From assembly GCA_051313645.2 (NCBI GenBank), contig JBNRSN020000073.1, forward strand, positions 4,402,001 through 4,466,000: DNA of 64,000 nucleotides, in the 5' to 3' direction. Source of the stretch: Centroscyllium fabricii. Taxonomy: Eukaryota. Under the pieces are notes generated by a model that saw nothing but the letters and a program-made list of their open reading frames with translations, did not search any database and had not been told where the DNA came from. Position 1 is the stretch's first letter. Every line of letters starts with the position of its first letter. Made by a program: the position numbers and the translations under genes. Shown piece after piece: positions 1 through 15,000 of the stretch.

Positions 1-3000
1 ATCTGGTTCATTAATAGAGCGCATCGGAATATATTCACAATACCCTGCAATCTGGTTCAGGAATAGAGTGCATCAGAATATATTCACAATACCATGCAAA
101 ATGGTTCAGTATTAGAGAGCATCAGAATATATTCACAATACCCTGCAATCTGGTTCATTAATAGAGGGCATCAGAATATATTCACAATACACTGAAATCT
201 GGTTCAGTAATAGAGTGCATTAGAATATATTCACAATACCCTGCAATCTGGTTCAGTAATAGAGAGCGTTGGAATATATTCACAATACCCTGCAATCTGG
301 TTCAGTAATAGAGTGCATCAGAATATATTCACAATACCCTGCAATTTGGTTCAGTAATAGAGAGCATCAGAATATATTCACAATACCTTGAAATCTGGTT
401 CAGTAATAGAGTGCATCGGAATATATTAACAATACCTTGCAATCTGTTTCAGTAATAGAGAGCATCAGAATATATTCACAATACCCTGCAATCTGGTTCA
501 GTTATATAGCGCATCAGAATATATTCACAATAGCCTGCAATCTGGTTCAGTATTAGAGTGCATCAGAATATATTCACAATACCCTGCAATCTGGTTCAGT
601 ATTAGAGTGCAACGGAATATATTCACATTACTCTGCAAAGTGGTTCAGTAATAGAGTGCATCAGAATATATTCACAATACCTTGCAATCTGGTTCAGTAA
701 TAGACTCCATCAGAATATATTCACATTACCCTGCATTCTGGTTCAGTAATAGAGTGCATCAGAATATATTCACAATACACTGCAATCTGGTTCAGTAATA
801 GAGAGCATCAGAATATATTCACAAAACACTGCAATCTGGTTCAGTAATAGAGTGCATCAGAATATATTAACAATACCCTGCAATCTGGTTCAGTATTAGA
901 GCGCATCAGAATATATTCACAATACCCTGCAATCTGGTTCAGTAATAGAGTACATGAGAATATATTCACAATAAACTGCAATCTGGTTCAGTAATAGAGA
1001 GCGTTGGAATATATTCACAATACCCTGCAATCTGATTCAGTAATAGAGCATTTGAATATATTCACAATACCCTGCAATCTGGTTTAGTAATAGAGATCGT
1101 TGGAATATATTCACAATACCCTGCAATCTGGTTCATTAATAGAGTGCATCAGAATATATTCACAATACATTTCAATCTGTTTCAGTAATAGAGTGCATCA
1201 GAATATATTCACAATACCCAGCAATCTGGTTCAGTAATAGAGTACATCAGAATATATTCACTATAACCTGCAAACTGGGTCAGTAATAGAGCGTTGGAAT
1301 ATATTCACAATAAACTGCAATCTGGATATGTTCAGAATGTATTCACAATACCATGCAATCTGGTTCAGTAATAGAGCGCATCAGAATATATTCACAATAC
1401 ACTGCAATCTGGTTCAGTAATAGAGCACATCAGAATATATTCACAATACCCTGCAATCTGGTTCAGTATTAGAGTGCATCAGAATATATTCACAATGCCC
1501 TGCAATCTGGTTCAGTAATAGAGAGCGCTGGAATATATTCACAATAGCCTGCAATCTGTTTCAGTAATAGAGAGAATTGGAATATGTTTGCAATACCCTG
1601 CAATCTGGTTCAGTAATAGAGCGCATCGGAATATATTCACAATAGTCTGCAAACTGGTTCAGTAATAGAGAGCATTGGAATATATTCATAATACCCTGCA
1701 ATATGGTTCAGTAATAGTGAGCATTGGAATATATTCACTACACCCTGCAATCTGGTTCAGTAATAGAGTGCATCAGAATATATTCACAATACCCTGCAAT
1801 CTGGTTCAGTAATAGAGCGCATCGGAATATATTCACAATACCCTGCAATCTGGTTCAGTAATATAGTGCATCAGAATATATTCACAAAACCCTGCAATCT
1901 GGTTCAGTATTAGAGAGCATCAGAATATATTCACAATACCCTGCAATATGGTTCAGTATAAGAGTGCATCAGAATATATTCATATACACTGCAATCTGGT
2001 TCAGTAATAGAGTGCATCGGAATATATTCACAATAACCTGCAATCTGGTTCAGTAATAGAGAGCATTGGAATATATTAACAATACCCTGCAATCTGGTTC
2101 AGTAATAGAGAGTGTTGGAATATATTCACAATACCCAGCAATCTGGTTCAGTAATAGAGTGCATCAGAATATATTCACAATACCCTACAATCTGGTTCAG
2201 TAATAGAGTGCATCAGAATATATTCACAATACCTTGCAATCTGGTTCAGTAATAGAATGGATCAGAATATATTCACAATACCCTGCAAACAGGTTCAGTA
2301 ATAGAGCGCGTTGGAATATATTCACAATAACCTGCAATCTAGTTCAGTATTAGAGAGCATCAGAATATATTCACAATAACCTGCAATCTGGTTCAGTATT
2401 AGATCGCAACAGAATATATTCACAATACCCTTCAATCTGGTTCAGTAATAGAGTGCATCAGAATATTTTCACAATATTCTGCAATCTGGTTCAGTAATAG
2501 AGTGCATCGGAGTATATTCACAATAACCTGCAATCTGGTTCAGTAATAGAGAGCGTTGGAATATATTCACAATACCTTGCAATCTGGCTCAGTATTAGTG
2601 TATCAGAATATATTCACAATACCTTGCAATCTGGTTCAGTAATAGAGTGCATCAGAATATATTCACAATACCCTGCAATCTGGTTCATTAATAGAGCGCA
2701 TCGGAATATATTCACAATACCCTGCAATCTGGTTCAGGAATTGAGTGCATCAGAATATATTCACAATACCATGGAAAATGGTTCAGTATTAGAGAGCATC
2801 AGAATATATTCACAATACACTGCAATCTGGTTCATTAATAGAGGGCATCAGAATATATTCACAATACACTGAAATCTGGTTCAGTAATAGAGTGCATTAG
2901 AATATATTCACAATACCCTGCAATCTGGTTCAGTAATAGAGAGCGTTGGAATATATTCACAATACCCTGCAATCTGGTTCAGTAATAGAGTGCATCAGAA

Positions 3001-6000
3001 TATATTCACAATACCCTGCAATTTGGTTCAGTAATAGAGAGCATCAGAATATATTCACAATACCTTGAAATCTGGTTCAGTAATAGAGTGCATCGGAATA
3101 TATTAACAATACCTTGCAATCTGTTTCAGTAATAGAGAGCATCAGAATATATTCACAATACCCTGCAATCTGGTTCAGTTATATAGCGCATCAGAATATA
3201 TTCACAATAGCCTGCAATCTGGTTCAGTATTAGAGTGCATCAGAATATATTCACAATACCCTGCAATCTGGTTCAGTATTAGAGTGCAACGGAATATATT
3301 CACATTACTCTGCAAAGTGGTTCAGTAATAGAGTGCATCAGAATATATTCACAATACCTTGCAATCTGGTTCAGTAATAGACTCCATCAGAATATATTCA
3401 CATTACCCTGCATTCTGGTTCAGTAATAGAGTGCATCAGAATATATTAACAATACCCTGCAATCTGGTTCAGTATTAGAGCGCATCAGAATATATTCACA
3501 ATACCCTGCAATCTGGTTCAGTAATAGAGTACATCAGAATATATTCACAATAAACTGCAATCTGGTTCAGTAATAGAGAGCGTTGGAATATATTCACAAT
3601 ACCCTGCAATCTGGTTCAGTAATAGAGAGTGCATCAGAATATATTCACAATACCCTGCAATCTGATTCAGTAATAGAGCATTTGAATATATTCACAATAC
3701 CCTGCAATCTGGTTTAGTAATAGAGATCGTTGGAATATATTCACAATACCCTGCAATCTGGTTCATTAATAGAGTGCATCAGAATATATTCACAATACAT
3801 TTCAATCTGTTTCAGTAATAGAGTGCATCAGAATATATTCACAATACCCAGCAATCTTGTTCAGTAATAGAGTGCATCAGAATATATTCACTATAACCTG
3901 CAAACTGGGTCAGTAATAGAGCGTTGGAATATATTCACAATAAACTGCAATCTGGATATGTTCAGAATGTATTCACAATACCATGCAATCTGGTTCAGTA
4001 ATAGAGCGCATCAGAATATATTCACAATACACTGCAATCTGGTTCAGTAATAGAGCACATCAGAATATATTCACAATACCCTGCAATCTGGTTCAGTATT
4101 AGAGTGCATCAGAATATATTCACAATGCCCTGCAATCTGGTTCAGTAATAGAGAGCGCTGGAATATATTCACAATAGCCTGCAATCTGTTTCAGTAATAG
4201 AGAGAATTGGAATATATTTGCAATACCCTGCAATCTGGTTCAGAAATAGAGTGCAACAGAATATATTCACAATAACTTGCAATCTGGTTCAGTAATAGAG
4301 TGCATCAGAATATATTCACAATATCCTGCAATCTGGTTCAGTAATAGCGTACATCAGAATATATTCACAATACCCTGGAATCTGGTTCAGTACTAGAGCG
4401 GATCAGAATATATTCACAATACCCTGCAATCTGGTTCAGTAATAGAGTGCATCAGAATATATACACAATAACCTGCAATCTGGTTCAGTAATAGAGAGCT
4501 TTGCAATATATTAACAATACCTGCAATCTGGATCAGTAATAGAGTGCATCAGAATATATTCATAATACCCTGCAATCTGGTTCAGTAATAGAGTGCATCA
4601 GAATATATTCACAATACCCTGCAATCTGGTTCAGTATTAGAGTGCATCACAATATATTCACAATACACTGCAATCTGGTTCAGTAATAGAGTGCAGCAGA
4701 ATATATTCACAATACCCTGCAATCTGGTTCAGTAATAGAGTGCATCAGAATATATTCACAATACCCTGCAACCTGCTTCAGTAATAGAGAGTGTTGGAAT
4801 ATTTTCACAATACCCTGCAATCTGGTTCAGTAATAGAGTGCATAAGAATATATTCACAATACCCTGCAATCTGGTTCAGTAATAGAGAGCATCGGAATAT
4901 ATTCACAATACCTTGAAATCTGGATCAGTAATAGAGAGCATCGGAATATATTAACAATACCTTGCAATCAGGTTCAGTAATAGAGAGCATCAGAATATAT
5001 TCACAATACCCTACAATCTGGTTCAGTAATAAGGCGCATCAAAATATATTCACAATAGCCTGCAATCTGGTTCAGTATTAGACTGCATCAGAATATATTC
5101 ACAATACCCTGCAATATGGTTCAGTATTAGAGTGCAACCGAATATATTCACATTACTCTGCAAACTGGTTCAGTAATAGAGAGCATCAGAATATATTCAC
5201 AATACCTTGCAATCTGGTTCAGTAATAGAGTGCATCAGAATATATTCACATTACCCTGCATTCTGGTTCAGTAATAGAGTGCATCAGAATATATTCACAA
5301 TACCCTGCAATCTGGTTCAGTAATAGAGAGCATCAGAATATATACACAAAACCCTGCAATCTGGTTCAGTAATAGAGTGCATCAGAATATATTCACAATA
5401 ACCTGCAATCTGGTTCAGTATTAGAGCGCATCAGAATATATTCACAATACACTGCAATCTGGTTCAGTAATAGAGTGCATCAGAATATATTGATAATACC
5501 CTGCAATCTGGTTCAGTAATAGAGTGCATCAGAATATATTCACAATAACCTGCAATCTGGTTCAGTAATAGAGTGCATCGGAATATATTCACAATAACCT
5601 GCAATCTGGTTCAGTAATAGAGAGCATTGGAATATATTAACAATACCCTGCAATCTGGTTCAGTAATAGAGAGTGTTGGAATATATTCACAATACCCTGC
5701 AATCTGGTTCAGTAATAGAGTGCATCAGAATATATTCACAATACCCTACAATCTGGTTCAGTATTAGAGTGCATCAGAATATATTCACAATACATTGCAA
5801 TCTGGTTCAGTAATAGAATGGATCAGAATATATTCACAATACACTGCAATCAGGTTCAGTAATAGAGCGCGTTGGAATATATTCACAATAACCTGCAATC
5901 TAGTTCAGTATTAGAGTGCATCAGAATATATTCACAATAACCTGCAATCTGGTTCAGTATTAGATCGCAACAGAATATATTCACAATACCCTTCAATCTG

Positions 6001-9000
6001 GTTCAGTAATAGAGTGCATCAGAATATTTTCACAATATCCTGCAATCTGGTTCAGTAACAGATTGCATCGGAGTATATTCACAATAACCTGCAATCTGGT
6101 TCAGTAATAGAGAGCGTTGGAATATATTCACAATACCTTGCAATCTGGCTCAGTATTAGTGTATCAGAATATATTCACAATACCTTGCAATCTGGTTCAG
6201 TAATAGAGTGCATCAGAATATATTCACAATACCCTGCAATCTGGTTCATTAATAGAGCGCATCGGAATATATTCACAATACCCTGCAATCTGGTTCAGGA
6301 ATAGAGTGCATCAGAATATATTCACAATACCATGCAAAATGGTTCAGTATTAGAGAGCATCAGAATATATTCACAATACCCTGCAATCTGGTTCATTAAT
6401 AGAGGGCATCAGAATATATTCACAATACACTGAAATCTGGTTCAGTAATAGAGTGCATTAGAATATATTCACAATACCCTGCAATCTGGTTCAGTAATAG
6501 AGAGCGTTGGAATATATTCACAATACCCTGCAATCTGGTTCAGTAATAGAGTGCATCAGAATATATTCACAATACCCTGCAATTTGGTTCAGTAATAGAG
6601 AGCATCAGAATATATTCACAATACCTTGAAATCTGGTTCAGTAATAGAGTGCATCGGAATATATTAACAATACCTTGCAATCTGTTTCAGTAATAGAGAG
6701 CATCAGAATATATTCACAATACCCTGCAATCTGGTTCAGTTATATAGCGCATCAGAATATATTCACAATAGCCTGCAATCTGGTTCAGTATTAGAGTGCA
6801 TCAGAATATATTCACAATACCCTGCAATCTGGTTCAGTATTAGAGTGCAACGGAATATATTCACATTACTCTGCAAAGTGGTTCAGTAATAGAGTGCATC
6901 AGAATATATTCACAATACCTTGCAATCTGGTTCAGTAATAGACTCCATCAGAATATATTCACATTACCCTGCATTCTGGTTCAGTAATAGAGTGCATCAG
7001 AATATATTCACAATACACTGCAATCTGGTTCAGTAATAGAGAGCATCAGAATATATTTACAAAACACTGCAATCTGGTTCAGTAATAGAGTGCATCAGAA
7101 TATATTAACAATACCCTGCAATCTGGTTCAGTATTAGAGCGCATCAGAATATATTCACAATACCCTGCAATCTGGTTCAGTAATAGAGTACATGAGAATA
7201 TATTCACAATAAACTGCAATCTGGTTCAGTAATAGAGAGCGTTGGAATATATTCACAATACCCTGCAATCTGATTCAGTAATAGAGCATTTGAATATATT
7301 CACAATACCCTGCAATCTGGTTTAGTAATAGAGATCGTTGGAATATATTCACAATACCCTGCAATCTGGTTCATTAATAGAGTGCATCAGAATATATTCA
7401 CAATACATTTCAATCTGTTTCAGTAATAGAGTGCATCAGAATATATTCACAATACCCAGCAATCTGGTTCAGTAATAGAGTACATCAGAATATATTCACT
7501 ATAACCTGCAAACTGGGTCAGTAATAGAGCGTTGGAATATATTCACAATAAACTGCAATCTGGATATGTTCAGAATGTATTCACAATACCATGCAATCTG
7601 GTTCAGTAATAGAGCACATCAGAATATATTCACAATACCCTGCAATCTGGTTCAGTATTAGAGTGCATCAGAATATATTCACAATGCCCTGCAATCTGGT
7701 TCAGTAATAGAGAGCGCTGGAATATATTCACAATAGCCTGCAATCTGTTTCAGTAATAGAGAGAATTGGAATATGTTTGCAATACCCTGCAATCTGGTTC
7801 AGTAATAGAGCGCATCGGAATATATTCACAATAGTCTGCAAACTGGTTCAGTAATAGAGAGCATTGGAATATATTCATAATACCCTGCAATATGGTTCAG
7901 TAATAGTGAGCATTGGAATATATTCACTACACCCTGCAATCTGGTTCAGTAATAGAGTGCATCAGAATATATTCACAATACCCTGCAATCTGGTTCAGTA
8001 ATAGAGCGCATCGGAATATATTCACAATACCCTGCAATCTGGTTCAGTAATATAGTGCATCAGAATATATTCACAAAACCCTGCAATCTGGTTCAGTATT
8101 AGAGAGCATCAGAATATATTCACAATACCCTGCAATATGGTTCAGTATAAGAGTGCATCAGAATATATTCATATACACTGCAATCTGGTTCAGTAATAGA
8201 GTGCATCGGAATATATTCACAATAACCTGCAATCTGGTTCAGTAATAGAGAGCATTGGAATATATTAACAATACCCTGCAATCTGGTTCAGTAATAGAGA
8301 GTGTTGGAATATATTCACAATACCCAGCAATCTGGTTCAGTAATAGAGTGCATCAGAATATATTCACAATACCCTACAATCTGGTTCAGTAATAGAGTGC
8401 ATCAGAATATATTCACAATACCTTGCAATCTGGTTCAGTAATAGAATGGATCAGAATATATTCACAATACCCTGCAAACAGGTTCAGTAATAGAGCGCGT
8501 TGGAATATATTCACAATAACCTGCAATCTAGTTCAGTATTAGAGAGCATCAGAATATATTCACAATAACCTGCAATCTGGTTCAGTATTAGATCGCAACA
8601 GAATATATTCACAATACCCTTCAATCTGGTTCAGTAATAGAGTGCATCAGAATATTTTCACAATATTCTGCAATCTGGTTCAGTAATAGAGTGCATCGGA
8701 GTATATTCACAATAACCTGCAATCTGGTTCAGTAATAGAGAGCGTTGGAATATATTCACAATACCTTGCAATCTGGCTCAGTATTAGTGTATCAGAATAT
8801 ATTCACAATACCTTGCAATCTGGTTCAGTAATAGAGTGCATCAGAATATATTCACAATACCCTGCAATCTGGTTCATTAATAGAGCGCATCGGAATATAT
8901 TCACAATACCCTGCAATCTGGTTCAGGAATTGAGTGCATCAGAATATATTCACAATACCATGGAAAATGGTTCAGTATTAGAGAGCATCAGAATATATTC

Positions 9001-12000
9001 ACAATACACTGCAATCTGGTTCATTAATAGAGGGCATCAGAATATATTCACAATACACTGAAATCTGGTTCAGTAATAGAGTGCATTAGAATATATTCAC
9101 AATACCCTGCAATCTGGTTCAGTAATAGAGAGCGTTGGAATATATTCACAATACCCTGCAATCTGGTTCAGTAATAGAGTGCATCAGAATATATTCACAA
9201 TACCCTGCAATTTGGTTCAGTAATAGAGAGCATCAGAATATATTCACAATACCTTGAAATCTGGTTCAGTAATAGAGTGCATCGGAATATATTAACAATA
9301 CCTTGCAATCTGTTTCAGTAATAGAGAGCATCAGAATATATTCACAATACCCTGCAATCTGGTTCAGTTATATAGCGCATCAGAATATATTCACAATAGC
9401 CTGCAATCTGGTTCAGTATTAGAGTGCATCAGAATATATTCACAATACCCTGCAATCTGGTTCAGTATTAGAGTGCAACGGAATATATTCACATTACTCT
9501 GCAAAGTGGTTCAGTAATAGAGTGCATCAGAATATATTCACAATACCTTGCAATCTGGTTCAGTAATAGACTCCATCAGAATATATTCACATTACCCTGC
9601 ATTCTGGTTCAGTAATAGAGTGCATCAGAATATATTAACAATACCCTGCAATCTGGTTCAGTATTAGAGCGCATCAGAATATATTCACAATACCCTGCAA
9701 TCTGGTTCAGTAATAGAGTACATCAGAATATATTCACAATAAACTGCAATCTGGTTCAGTAATAGAGAGCGTTGGAATATATTCACAATACCCTGCAATC
9801 TGGTTCAGTAATAGAGAGTGCATCAGAATATATTCACAATACCCTGCAATCTGATTCAGTAATAGAGCATTTGAATATATTCACAATACCCTGCAATCTG
9901 GTTTAGTAATAGAGATCGTTGGAATATATTCACAATACCCTGCAATCTGGTTCATTAATAGAGTGCATCAGAATATATTCACAATACATTTCAATCTGTT
10001 TCAGTAATAGAGTGCATCAGAATATATTCACAATACCCAGCAATCTTGTTCAGTAATAGAGTGCATCAGAATATATTCACTATAACCTGCAAACTGGGTC
10101 AGTAATAGAGCGTTGGAATATATTCACAATAAACTGCAATCTGGATATGTTCAGAATGTATTCACAATACCATGCAATCTGGTTCAGTAATAGAGCGCAT
10201 CAGAATATATTCACAATACACTGCAATCTGGTTCAGTAATAGAGCACATCAGAATATATTCACAATACCCTGCAATCTGGTTCAGTATTAGAGTGCATCA
10301 GAATATATTCACAATGCCCTGCAATCTGGTTCAGTAATAGAGAGCGCTGGAATATATTCACAATAGCCTGCAATCTGTTTCAGTAATAGAGAGAATTGGA
10401 ATATATTTGCAATACCCTGCAATCTGGTTCAGTAATAGAGCGCATCGGAATATATTCACAATAGTCTGCAAACTGGTTCAGTAATAGAGAGCATTGGAAT
10501 ATATTCATAATACCCTGCAATATGGTTCAGTAATAGTGAGCATTGGAATATATTCACTACACCCTGCAATCTGGTTCAGTAATAGAGTGCATCAGAATAT
10601 ATTCACAATACCCTGCAATCTGGTTCAGTAATAGAGCGCATCGGAATATATTCACAATACCCTGCAATCTGGTTCAGTAATATAGTGCATCAGAATATAT
10701 TCACAAAACCCTGCAATCTGGTTCAGTAGTAGAGAGCATCAGAATATATTCACAATACCCTGCAATATGGTTCAGTATAAGAGTGCATCAGAATATATTC
10801 ATATACACTGCAATCTGGTTCAGTAATAGAGTGCATCGGAATATATTCACAATAACCTGCAATCTGGTTCAGTAATAGAGAGCATTGGAATATATTAACA
10901 ATACCCTGCAATCTGGTTCAGTAATAGAGAGTGTTGGAATATATTCACAATACCCAGCAATCTGGTTCAGTAATAGAGTGCATCAGAATATATTCACAAT
11001 ACCCTACAATCTGGTTCAGTATTAGAGTGCATCAGAATATATTCACAATACCTTGCAATCTGGTTCAGTAATAGAATGGATCAGAATATATTCACAATAC
11101 CCTGCAATCAGGTTCAGTAATAGAGCGCGTTGGAATATATTCACAATAACCTGCAATCTAGTTCAGTATTAGAGTGCATCAGAATATATTCACAATAACC
11201 TGCAATCTGGTTCAGTATTAGATCGCAACAGAATATATTCACAATACCCTTCAATCTGGTTCAGTAATAGAGTGCATCAGAATATTTTCACAATATCCTG
11301 CAATCTGGTTCAGTAATAGAGTGCATCGGAGTATATTCACAATAACCTGTAATCTGGTTCAGTAATAGAGAGCGTTGGAATATATTCACAATACCTTGCA
11401 ATCTGGCTCAGTATTAGTGTATCAGAATATATTCACAATACCTTGCAATCTGGTTCAGTAATAGAGTGCATCAGAATATATTCACAATACCCTGCAATCT
11501 GGTTCATTAATAGAGCGCATCGGAATATATTCACAATACCCTGCAATCTGGTTCAGGAATTGAGTGCATCAGAATATATTCACAATACCATGGAAAATGG
11601 TTCAGTATTAGAGAGCATCAGAATATATTCACAATACACTGCAATCTGGTTCATTAATAGAGGGCATCAGAATATATTCACAATACACTGAAATCTGGTT
11701 CAGTAATAGAGTGCATTAGAATATATTCACAATACCCTGCAATCTGGTTCAGTAATAGAGAGCGTTGGAATATATTCACAATACCCTGCAATCTGGTTCA
11801 GTAATAGAGTGCATCAGAATATATTCACAATACCCTGCAATTTGGTTCAGTAATAGAGAGCATCAGAATATATTCACAATACCTTGAAATCTGGTTCAGT
11901 AATAGAGTGCATCGGAATATATTAACAATACCTTGCAATCTGTTTCAGTAATAGAGAGCATCAGAATATATTCACAATACCCTGCAATCTGGTTCAGTTA

Positions 12001-15000
12001 TATAGCGCATCAGAATATATTCACAATAGCCTGCAATCTGGTTCAGTATTAGAGTGCATCAGAATATATTCACAATACCCTGCAACCTGGTTCAGTATTA
12101 GAGTGCAACGGAATATATTCACATTACTCTGCAAAGTGGTTCAGTAATAGAGTGCATCAGAATATATTCACAATACCTTGCAATCTGGTTCAGTAATAGA
12201 CTCCATCAGAATATATTCACATTACCCTGCATTCTGGTTCAGTAATAGAGTGCATCAGAATATATTAACAATACCCTGCAATCTGGTTCAGTATTAGAGC
12301 GCATCAGAATATATTCACAATACCCTGCAATCTGGTTCAGTAATAGAGTACATCAGAATATATTCACAATAAACTGCAATCTGGTTCAGTAATAGAGAGC
12401 GTTGGAATATATTCACAATACCCTGCAATCTGGTTCAGTAATAGAGAGTGCATCAGAATATATTCACAATACCCTGCAATCTGATTCAGTAATAGAGCAT
12501 TTGAATATATTCACAATACCCTGCAATCTGGTTTAGTAATAGAGATCGTTGGAATATATTCACAATACCCTGCAATCTGGTTCATTAATAGAGTGCATCA
12601 GAATATATTCACAATACATTTCAATCTGTTTCAGTAATAGAGTGCATCAGAATATATTCACAATACCCAGCAATCTTGTTCAGTAATAGAGTGCATCAGA
12701 ATATATTCACTATAACCTGCAAACTGGGTCAGTAATAGAGCGTTGGAATATATTCACAATAAACTGCAATCTGGATATGTTCAGAATGTATTCACAATAC
12801 CATGCAATCTGGTTCAGTAATAGAGCGCATCAGAATATATTCACAATACACTGCAATCTGGTTCAGTAATAGAGCACATCAGAATATATTCACAATACCC
12901 TGCAATCTGGTTCAGTATTAGAGTGCATCAGAATATATTCACAATGCCCTGCAATCTGGTTCAGTAATAGAGAGCGCTGGAATATATTCACAATAGCCTG
13001 CAATCTGTTTCAGTAATAGAGAGAATTGGAATATATTTGCAATACCCTGCAATCTGGTTCAGTAATAGAGCGCATCGGAATATATTCACAATAGTCTGCA
13101 AACTGGTTCAGTAATAGAGAGCATTGGAATATATTCATAATACCCTGCAATATGGTTCAGTAATAGTGAGCATTGGAATATATTCACTACACCCTGCAAT
13201 CTGGTTCAGTAATAGAGTGCATCAGAATATATTCACAATACCCTGCAATCTGGTTCAGTAATAGAGCGCATCGGAATATATTCACAATACCCTGCAATCT
13301 GGTTCAGTAATATAGTGCATCAGAATATATTCACAAAACCCTGCAATCTGGTTCAGTAGTAGAGAGCATCAGAATATATTCACAATACCCTGCAATATGG
13401 TTCAGTATAAGAGTGCATCAGAATATATTCATATACACTGCAATCTGGTTCAGTAATAGAGTGCATCGGAATATATTCACAATAACCTGCAATCTGGTTC
13501 AGTAATAGAGAGCATTGGAATATATTAACAATACCCTGCAATCTGGTTCAGTAATAGAGAGTGTTGGAATATATTCACAATACCCAGCAATCTGGTTCAG
13601 TAATAGAGTGCATCAGAATATATTCACAATACCCTACAATCTGGTTCAGTATTAGAGTGCATCAGAATATATTCACAATACCTTGCAATCTGGTTCAGTA
13701 ATAGAATGGATCAGAATATATTCACAATACCCTGCAATCAGGTTCAGTAATAGAGCGCGTTGGAATATATTCACAATAACCTGCAATCTAGTTCAGTATT
13801 AGAGTGCATCAGAATATATTCACAATAACCTGCAATCTGGTTCAGTATTAGATCGCAACAGAATATATTCACAATACCCTTCAATCTGGTTCAGTAATAG
13901 AGTGCATCAGAATATTTTCACAATATCCTGCAATCTGGTTCAGTAATAGAGTGCATCGGAGTATATTCACAATAACCTGTAATCTGGTTCAGTAATAGAG
14001 AGCGTTGGAATATATTCACAATACCTTGCAATCTGGCTCAGTATTAGTGTATCAGAATATATTCACAATACCTTGCAATCTGGTTCAGTAATAGAGTGCA
14101 TCAGAATATATTCACAATACCCTGCAATCTGGTTCATTAATAGAGCGCATCGGAATATATTCACAATACCCTGCAATCTGGTTCAGGAATTGAGTGCATC
14201 AGAATATATTCACAATACCATGGAAAATGGTTCAGTATTAGAGAGCATCAGAATATATTCACAATACACTGCAATCTGGTTCATTAATAGAGGGCATCAG
14301 AATATATTCACAATACACTGAAATCTGGTTCAGTAAGAGAGTGCATTAGAATATATTCACAATACCCTGCAATCTGGTTCAGTAATAGAGAGCGTTGGAA
14401 TATATTCACAATACCCTGCAATCTGGTTCAGTAATAGAGTGCATCAGAATATATTCACAATACCCTGCAATTTGGTTCAGTAATAGAGAGCATCAGAATA
14501 TATTCACAATACCTTGAAATCTGGTTCAGTAATAGAGTGCATCGGAATATATTAACAATACCTTGCAATCTGTTTCAGTAATAGAGAGCATCAGAATATA
14601 TTCACAATACCCTGCAATCTGGTTCAGTTATATAGCGCATCAGAATATATTCACAATAGCCTGCAATCTGGTTCAGTATTACAGTGCATCAGAATATATT
14701 CACAATACCCTGCAATCTGGTTCAGTATTAGAGTGCAACGGAATATATTCACATTACTCTGCAAAGTGGTTCAGTAATAGAGTGCATCAGAATATATTCA
14801 CAATACCTTGCAATCTGGTTCAGTAATAGACTCCATCAGAATATATTCACATTACCCTGCATTCTGGTTCAGTAATAGAGTGCATCAGAATATATTCACA
14901 ATAACCTGTAATCTGGTTCAGTAATAGAGAGCGTTGGAATATATTCACAATACCTTGCAATCTGGCTCAGTATTAGTGTATCAGAATATATTCACAATAC

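Noticed and set aside
31-40. GAATATATTC as a heat-shock or STAT element
   Set aside because: HSE needs GAAnnTTC and STAT needs TTCnnnGAA; spacing and orientation do not fit.
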